This document shows, one piece after another, positions 1-4,234 of a stretch of 5,619 nt of DNA. Source of the DNA: Promethearchaeota archaeon (GTDB lineage Archaea; Asgardarchaeota; Lokiarchaeia; Sigyniarchaeales; SOKP01); contig JARRLT010000115.1 of assembly GCA_037386725.1 (NCBI GenBank), positions 1 through 5,619 on the forward strand, read 5' to 3'. The translations under genes and the position numbers were made by a program. Below the pieces are notes generated by a model. That model did no database searches. It was not told where the DNA came from and was given only the letters and a program-made list of their open reading frames with translations. The stretch's first letter is position 1. Each line of letters begins with the position of its first letter.

Positions 1-90
1 AAATATACTGATAAAGTAATATAAATTTGAATTTATAATTTTAATTTATCATATAAATTCTTTCTTATTACTTTTTGGATCTCGATAACA

Positions 91-111
91 TGTTTTTAAA
101 AATGCACAAAC
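91..111 (+). repeat. Copy 1 of a conserved AT-rich motif, TGTTTTTAAAAATGCACAAAC, upstream of the cupin gene
   Basis: The core TTAAAAATGCACAAAC (96..111) matches 577..592 (TTAAAAATGCAAAAAC) at 15 of 16 positions. Both copies are preceded by TGTTTT. It lies about 95 nt upstream of the ATG at 206. Confidence 0.4.
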
Positions 112-160
112 ATTACTTAATAAACTATACACCTAAACTATAAATCAAAATTTAAATTAT

Positions 161-170
161 TTTATATATA
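161..170 (+). promoter_or_regulatory. Candidate archaeal TATA box for the cupin gene
   Basis: TTTATATATA matches the archaeal TTTATATA consensus. It sits about 40 nt upstream of the ATG at 206, which implies a short 5' UTR. AT-rich background makes chance matches likely. Confidence 0.35.
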
Positions 171-190
171 AAAAGTAATACAATATAATT

Positions 191-196
191 GAGGAG
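191..196 (+). promoter_or_regulatory. Shine-Dalgarno-like ribosome binding site
   Basis: GAGGAG lies 9 nt upstream of the ATG at 206. Confidence 0.4.
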
Positions 197-205
197 AAGA
201 TAAAT

Positions 206-490
206 ATGGCCATAAAAAAGAAAAAACCAACTGAAGAAGAATTAGAAAAATTAGGAGTTAAAAGCTGGGGTACTTGGAGTAAGGAAGAGAGTAAATTTCC
301 TTGGGATTATGACGATGCTACTGAGACGTGTTATATATTGGAGGGTAAAGCTGAAGTAACTACTGAAGATGGAGAAAAGGTGGAATTTGAAAAAGGAGAT
401 CTTGTGCAATTTCCACGTGGATTGAAATGTGAATGGAATGTGAAAAATAAGAGAAGAAAATATTATAATTTCGGCGATTTGGATATTTAA
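206..490 (+). CDS. Small single-domain cupin, DUF861 / cupin_3 family (EutQ / ureidoglycine-aminohydrolase-type cupin fold)
   Basis: 94-aa ORF with an ATG start, an SD-like site and a TAA stop. The sequence GVKSWGTWSKEESKFPWDYDDATETCYILEGKAEV...GEKVEFEKGDLVQFPRGLKCEWNV...KYY follows the characteristic cupin_3 pattern (W..W......F.W.Y...E.cY.LEG...V....G......GDlv.FP.G....W.V....K.Y). This assignment is from memory of the family, not from a search. Confidence 0.85.
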   Translation: MAIKKKKPTEEELEKLGVKSWGTWSKEESKFPWDYDDATETCYILEGKAEVTTEDGEKVEFEKGDLVQFPRGLKCEWNVKNKRRKYYNFGDLDI

Positions 491-569
491 AATAACTTAA
501 TTTCAATTTTCTCTTATTTTATTTAATATCTGAAAATTCCTCACTAAAAATATTGAATACTTTTGCTTT

Positions 570-592
570 TGTTTTATTAAAAATGCAAAAAC
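570..592 (+). repeat. Copy 2 of the conserved AT-rich motif, TGTTTTATTAAAAATGCAAAAAC, upstream of the PAS/GAF gene
   Basis: 15 of 16 identity to 96..111, plus the shared TGTTTT prefix. Weaker partial copies are ATAAAAATGACAAAT (636..650) and ATAAAAATGT (666..675). Confidence 0.4.
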
Positions 593-710
593 CTATTTTT
601 TGTTATATAAATCCCTCACAAAGTAAAACTTTTTTATAAAAATGACAAATAAGTCCACAAAAGTAATAAAAATGTTTAAAATGAAAAGAAGTTTTAAATG
701 AGTAATTAAC

Positions 711-722
711 TTATATTTATAA
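711..722 (+). promoter_or_regulatory. Possible TATA-like element for the PAS/GAF gene
   Basis: TTATATTTATAA lies about 50 nt upstream of the ATG at 770. There is no SD-like sequence before that ATG. Weak call in an AT-rich spacer. Confidence 0.25.
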
Positions 723-769
723 GGAACCCAATTAATTGAATAATTTTACATTTCTGTAATAATATTCCA

Positions 770-2875
770 ATGAATAACCCAAACCTTAATTTAAACATAA
801 TAAAACATGAGGAGAAACTTGAAAGTAGAAATGATTTGTTAAAGAAATACGCCTTTCGAGACATTTATAAAAATATTCCTACTCCTATCCATATATGGCA
901 AAGGATTTCAGATAATTTTGTATTACTTGATTATAATACCGCAGCGAACGAGCTAGCTCAAGAAAAGTTAAGAGACTGTATTGGTATTAAAGCTTCAGAA
1001 CTTTTTAAAGATAATCCTCATATTATTAAAGATTTAAATAAATGTTTTAAATCCAAAATTTCATTAACTAAAGAAATTGAATATACTTTTAAAACAACAA
1101 GGGAAAGCATATTTTTATTTGTGAAATATATTTTTGTATCCCCAGATATCGTTTTAGCTTATCATCAAGATATTAGCCAGCGAATAAAAACCGAAATCAA
1201 ATTGTTAGAGTCAAATCAAAAATTCGAAGCTCTTTTTAAACAATCTCCTATATGTATAGCGATCTTTAGCATAGAGGGATATTTAGAAGACATAAATCCT
1301 GCTATAGAAAAATTGATTGGTTATAGAAAAAATGAAGTTGTAGGAAAACATTTTACAGAAATAGATCTTTATCCTCCAGAAGTATTATCTTTAATTCAAA
1401 AACGTCAGAAGGAATTGAAGTCCAAAAACCTTTTAAATACAATTGAAATCCAACTTAAAAGAAAAAACGGAGAATTTATATGGGTAATATCACAAGTTTC
1501 GAAAATTAAAATCCATGAAAGTGAATATTTTCAAGTAATTCTACAAGATGTTAATGATCTAAGAAAAATAGAGAAGCAATTGAGTAAAAAAGAAGAAGAT
1601 TATAAAAATATAATTGAAAACTTATCTGATTTAGTTATCCAGATTGATTATAGAGGAATTATTGAATACATTAGCCCCCAAATAAAAAAGGTTATGGGAT
1701 ATCAAAATGACGACCTTTTAGGTAAAAGTATTTTCAGTTTAATTCATCCCGAAGATATAGATAAATTTCTCATTGGAAAACAAGAAACTGAGCACACAGG
1801 AAAACCTCTTGAAATTGAATATAGAATGAAGAAAAAAGATGGAGGGTTTCTTTATGTTAGTATAAAAGGAAGATTAATTAATATGGAGGGAAAATTAGGA
1901 TTATTGGGTATTATTCGAGACATTTCTCCCAGAAAGAATGCAGAACTTCAAATTAAACGAAGATTAAAAATTGAAAAGCTTATCGCCAAAATTTCATCCA
2001 GATTTGCAGGAATAATAGACTTTAACGAAGCTATATATGGATCTCTTAAAGCTATGGGGACTTTTATCAATGCTAAAAGAGCATATTTATTTCTTTTTGA
2101 TCAAAATAAAGATTTTATGAGTAATACTAATGAATGGGTTGCACCTGGAATTGAACCTCAAATAATTCAATTGCAGCAAATTCCTTTAAAAAAATTATCT
2201 TTTTGGATTAAACAACTTAAGGAAGATGATTATATACGCGTATTGAATTCAGAAAACCTACTTCAACCAGAAAGCCCAAATACATATGTTATTGATAAAT
2301 ATTTTCATCAGAAAAACATCTACTCCATTTTAGTATATCCTATTAGAATTAAAGGAGAATTATCCGGTTTCCTTGGTTTTGATGATGTTTTAACAACTCG
2401 AAACTGGGAGAGAGATGATTTTAAAATTTTCAAAATTCCTTCTGAAATTATCGGAAATGTTTTAGAAAGGAAGTATGCTGAGGAAACATTGAAGGGAAGT
2501 CAAGAAATGTTGAAAAACGTATTAGCCTCAATAAATAATTATATTATCATAATTAATAAGGATTTTGAAATAATTTGGATTAATAATTTAGCTAAGACTC
2601 TATTTTCTGAAAATATAATTGGAAAAAAATGTTATAAAGCATATAGGAATAATGAAGTTCGATGTAAAGATTGTGTAGCCATCAAAACATTTAATGATAA
2701 TAAAAAATATGATCTTACATTTGAATTTCTTAGTTCTAAAGGGAAAAATAGATATTTTCATTGTATCTCTAATGCAATAGCCCATGATTCTCTTCGTGAA
2801 CCGGAATTAGTTGCTTTGATAGCAGATGATGTTACTAAATTGAAAAGATTAGAAGAAAAATTACAAAAACATTGA
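770..2875 (+). CDS. Multi-domain cytoplasmic sensor protein, PAS-PAS-PAS-GAF-PAS, with no recognisable output or transmitter domain
   Basis: 701-aa ORF from ATG to TGA, the longest in the window. Approximate domain spans by motif reading: PAS1 aa 25-137 (842..1180); PAS2 aa 148-263 (1211..1558; FKQSPICIAIFSIEGYLEDINPAIEKLIGYRKNEVVGKHF); PAS3 aa 275-388 (1592..1933; IIENLSDLVIQIDYRGIIEYISPQIKKVMGYQNDDLLGKSIFSLIHPED...GIIRDISPRK); GAF aa 398-565 (1961..2464; AKRAYLFLFD...ILVYPIRIKGELSGFLGFDD); PAS4 aa 575-690 (2492..2839). I saw no H-box (HE.R.PL), no N/G-box ATPase motifs, no receiver, no HTH and no TM segments. The protein ends in a short coiled-coil-like tail, KLKRLEEKLQKH. Confidence 0.9.
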   Translation: MNNPNLNLNIIKHEEKLESRNDLLKKYAFRDIYKNIPTPIHIWQRISDNFVLLDYNTAANELAQEKLRDCIGIKASELFKDNPHIIKDLNKCFKSKISLTKEIEYTFKTTRESIFLFVKYIFVSPDIVLAYHQDISQRIKTEIKLLESNQKFEALFKQSPICIAIFSIEGYLEDINPAIEKLIGYRKNEVVGKHFTEIDLYPPEVLSLIQKRQKELKSKNLLNTIEIQLKRKNGEFIWVISQVSKIKIHESEYFQVILQDVNDLRKIEKQLSKKEEDYKNIIENLSDLVIQIDYRGIIEYISPQIKKVMGYQNDDLLGKSIFSLIHPEDIDKFLIGKQETEHTGKPLEIEYRMKKKDGGFLYVSIKGRLINMEGKLGLLGIIRDISPRKNAELQIKRRLKIEKLIAKISSRFAGIIDFNEAIYGSLKAMGTFINAKRAYLFLFDQNKDFMSNTNEWVAPGIEPQIIQLQQIPLKKLSFWIKQLKEDDYIRVLNSENLLQPESPNTYVIDKYFHQKNIYSILVYPIRIKGELSGFLGFDDVLTTRNWERDDFKIFKIPSEIIGNVLERKYAEETLKGSQEMLKNVLASINNYIIIINKDFEIIWINNLAKTLFSENIIGKKCYKAYRNNEVRCKDCVAIKTFNDNKKYDLTFEFLSSKGKNRYFHCISNAIAHDSLREPELVALIADDVTKLKRLEEKLQKH

Positions 2876-3081
2876 AAATAGTAATTTTCGATTTTATCGT
2901 ATATCTTATTAATTCCTTTAATTTAATCGAATTTTTGGAAATAAGTGAACATAACAATGATTTTAATTAAGATTAGATCGTCTAAAGTCAAAAATCTTGA
3001 TTTTCTTCTCTTTTTCAAATAAAAAGTTGAGTTTATTGACTTGAAAAGAGAACAGGAAAATAATAGAATAATTTATGATAG

Positions 3082-3657
3082 TTATTCAATAGATTTTATA
3101 TTTTCTTCGTTTTCATTGCTTTCTCTATTGAGTTCTTCGTCTATTTCTAACTCTTCTACTGTTTTTTCTAATCGATCTAATGACCGCAAAGTTTCGTGGA
3201 TTTTCTTAATCTCAGCTCTTGTTTGAATATCTGCCTTTTTTAAGATTTCAAAAATTTTCTTTTCCCCATACCCTTGATCGTGGAGTTCTTTGAATTTTGA
3301 AATGAGATCTTTATGATAAAAGATGTAATTATCATTTTGATAAACAATCAACCATTTTTTCTTTTCTTGATTCTTTGAGAAGTTAAATATTATATTGTGT
3401 ATTTTTTGGGGATCCTTTCCTGTTTCTTTAATGAGAGTTTTCTCTTCGATACGATAATATTCCTTCATAGTTTTAAGCATCTTCCGCTTCAATAAGAATC
3501 TTGGAATATAGGAAAGGAGGAACAGAATCAATGTTACGATAGTTAAAATTATAGATAAGGTTATATTATATAATGCTACTATAATTAGAATTATTATAAG
3601 TAATAGAAACCATCTTCTACCGACCGATTTTAGAAATACAATATATTTTTTTGGCAA
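3082..3657 (-). CDS. Hypothetical membrane protein with an N-terminal hydrophobic hairpin (about 2 TM), a cytoplasmic alpha-helical region and an acidic tail
   Basis: 191-aa ORF. The codon at 3655..3657 is TTG, not ATG; the minus strand reads TTG CCA AAA AAA TAT. The next in-frame ATG is near codon 60, after the hydrophobic stretch WFLLLIIILIIVALYNITLSIILTIVTLILFLLSYI. The start is therefore uncertain. The C-terminus is charged and acidic (EELEIDEELNRESNENEENIKSIE). I recognise no family. Confidence 0.6.
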   Translation of the reverse strand: MPKKYIVFLKSVGRRWFLLLIIILIIVALYNITLSIILTIVTLILFLLSYIPRFLLKRKMLKTMKEYYRIEEKTLIKETGKDPQKIHNIIFNFSKNQEKKKWLIVYQNDNYIFYHKDLISKFKELHDQGYGEKKIFEILKKADIQTRAEIKKIHETLRSLDRLEKTVEELEIDEELNRESNENEENIKSIE

Positions 3658-3826
3658 TTTTATCCCTAATTTCTTTTTACCTTAAATTTATTTAATAAGT
3701 AATTTTAGATTGCTAAAAAGGTTTTCAGAATTAGTTTGCTTCTTTTAATTCCTTAAAATCCTTTTCAAAATTAATAAATTATGATCTATATTTCAAAATT
3801 TACGGGTTTTTAAAAATCAAGAAATT

Positions 3827-3831
3827 AAAAA
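3827..3831 (-). terminator. Oligo-T tract, candidate archaeal terminator downstream of the 5S-like gene
   Basis: The minus strand reads ...GGTTGTTTGATGTATCTTTTTAATTTC. The T5 run lies about 35 nt after the last 5S-homologous base (3865), and a shorter GTTGTTTG lies at 3846..3839. Confidence 0.3.
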
Positions 3832-3864
3832 GATACATCAAACAACCATATAAGTCTCGCGTTT

Positions 3865-3990
3865 CTGGGTTCGATATGGGACCAGGTGGTTCCCTCACGC
3901 ACCATGACCGTAGACGAATCTACAAGTTTGATATTTCGCATTAATTTCAATAACACTACTATTACCAACGTGTGTGAGTTTAACATCCAG
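3865..3990 (-). rRNA. 5S rRNA gene in circularly permuted order: helix II 3' strand - helix V/loop E/helix IV - helix I 3' strand - UUCG - helix I 5' strand - loop A - helix II 5' strand - helix III/loop C
   Basis: Minus-strand RNA: CUGGAUGUUAAACUCACACACGUUGGUAAUAGUAGUGUUAUUGAAAUUAAUGCGAAAUAUCAAACUUGUAGAUUCGUCUACGGUCAUGGUGCGUGAGGGAACCACCUGGUCCCAUAUCGAACCCAG. Matches to conserved 5S elements: (1) GUCUACGGUCAUGG resembles helix I 5' strand plus loop A (human GUCUACGGCCAUACC, archaeal GGCGGCCAUAGCGG). (2) CACCUGGUCCCAUAUCGAACCCAG resembles helix III/loop C (archaeal CACCCGGUCUCAUUUCGAACCCGG). (3) AUGUUAAAC resembles AAGUUAAGC. (4) GUUGGUAAUAGUAGUG...AUGCGAAAUAUCAAAC carries the loop E AGUA/GAA motif. 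Pairings checked by hand: helix I 3925-3919 with 3914-3908, 7 bp including 2 G.U, capped by UUCG (3918..3915); helix II 3902-3894 with 3978-3970, 8 of 9 pairs; helix III 3885-3882 with 3868-3865, with a 13-nt loop C; helix V 3969-3963 with 3933-3926, one bulged A; helix IV 3956-3949 with 3945-3938, loop GAA. GC is about 43% by hand count, against a much more AT-rich surrounding sequence. Exact ends are uncertain by a few nt. Confidence 0.75.
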
Positions 3991-4009
3991 CGCTGGGAGA
4001 TCTTCCCAA

Positions 4010-4017
4010 CTTATATA
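4010..4017 (-). promoter_or_regulatory. Candidate TATA box driving the permuted 5S gene
   Basis: The minus strand reads CGC-TATATAAG-TTGGG. Archaeal TATA boxes are centred about 26-27 nt upstream of the start site. That places initiation near 3986..3988 (U-G-G-A), which is where 5S homology begins (GGAUGUUAAAC). Confidence 0.45.
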
Positions 4018-4073
4018 GCGATTGACCTATGCATACTAATACCCAATAAGTCTTAAACTTTCGTATCTACAAT

Positions 4074-4091
4074 CCATTAATTTCTTAATGG
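4074..4091. other. Perfect 7-bp inverted repeat with a 4-nt spacer, CCATTAA-TTTC-TTAATGG
   Basis: Seen directly in the sequence. It lies between the stop of the peptidase gene (4235) and the 5S TATA box (4017). Its function is unknown; it could be a terminator hairpin or a protein-binding palindrome. Confidence 0.3.
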
Positions 4092-4193
4092 GTATAGTAA
4101 ATAACAATAATTAAAGTTAGTACTTAAATTTTACCTTAAATCAACCATAAAACTTTAATAGAAGGAATCTTGAGGGTGTAAAATTACAAAATT

Positions 4194-4198
4194 AAAAA
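4194..4198 (-). terminator. Oligo-T tract downstream of the peptidase gene
   Basis: A T5 run on the minus strand (AAAAA on plus) lies about 37 nt after the stop codon at 4235..4237. Weak call in AT-rich sequence. Confidence 0.25.
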
Positions 4199-4234
4199 TT
4201 TATTAATTAAGAAAGGTGAGTTTAAAATTAATTA

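Noticed and set aside
21-36. Inverted repeat ATAAATT-TG-AATTTAT
   Set aside because: It consists only of A and T in a very AT-rich leader. Such palindromes are expected by chance, and it sits at the window edge without context.
583-639. Tiny ORF (18 codons, MQKPIFCYINPSQSKTFL) starting at the ATG inside the repeated motif; a similar 13-codon ORF starts at 103
   Set aside because: They are too short and low in complexity. The two peptides share only the first residues, which are dictated by the DNA motif itself, so the conservation is more likely at the DNA level.
2600-2785. 61-aa ORF on the minus strand
   Set aside because: It lies entirely antisense within the well-supported PAS/GAF gene. 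The peptide is low-complexity and I/F/K-rich, typical of AT-rich antisense frames.
2876-3081. Convergent intergenic spacer scanned for ncRNA or a bidirectional terminator (CTTTTT-CAAAT-AAAAAG around 3010..3026)
   Set aside because: Only weak A/T-only complementarity and T-runs are present, consistent with ordinary archaeal termination. There is no GC-enriched or structured segment.
3041-3226. 61-aa ORF on the plus strand
   Set aside because: It is antisense to the acidic tail of the 191-aa gene. It is S/L-rich and low-complexity (SSFSLLSLLSSSSISNSS) and mirrors the E/N/L codons of the opposite strand.
3728-3846. Possible C/D-box sRNA: UGAUGU near 3840..3835 and CUGA near 3731..3728 on the minus strand
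   Set aside because: The C box is imperfect, the box spacing (about 105 nt) is too long, and there are no C'/D' boxes or terminal stem.
3865-3882. tRNA T-arm-like GGGTTCGATATGGGACC on the plus strand
   Set aside because: I could not build an acceptor, D or anticodon arm around it. It is simply the complement of the 5S loop C motif CCCAUAUCGAACCC.
3800-3925. Canonical-order 5S rRNA starting at GUCUACGG (about 3915) and continuing downstream on the minus strand
   Set aside because: After helix III (CCAG at 3865) the sequence becomes AT-rich: AAACGCGAGACUUAUAUGGUUGUUUGAUGUAUCUUUUUAAUUUC. It has no strand complementary to helix II (GUGCGUGAG), no loop E/helix IV and no helix I 3' strand. Those elements are found only upstream of the helix I junction, which is why I read the gene as permuted.
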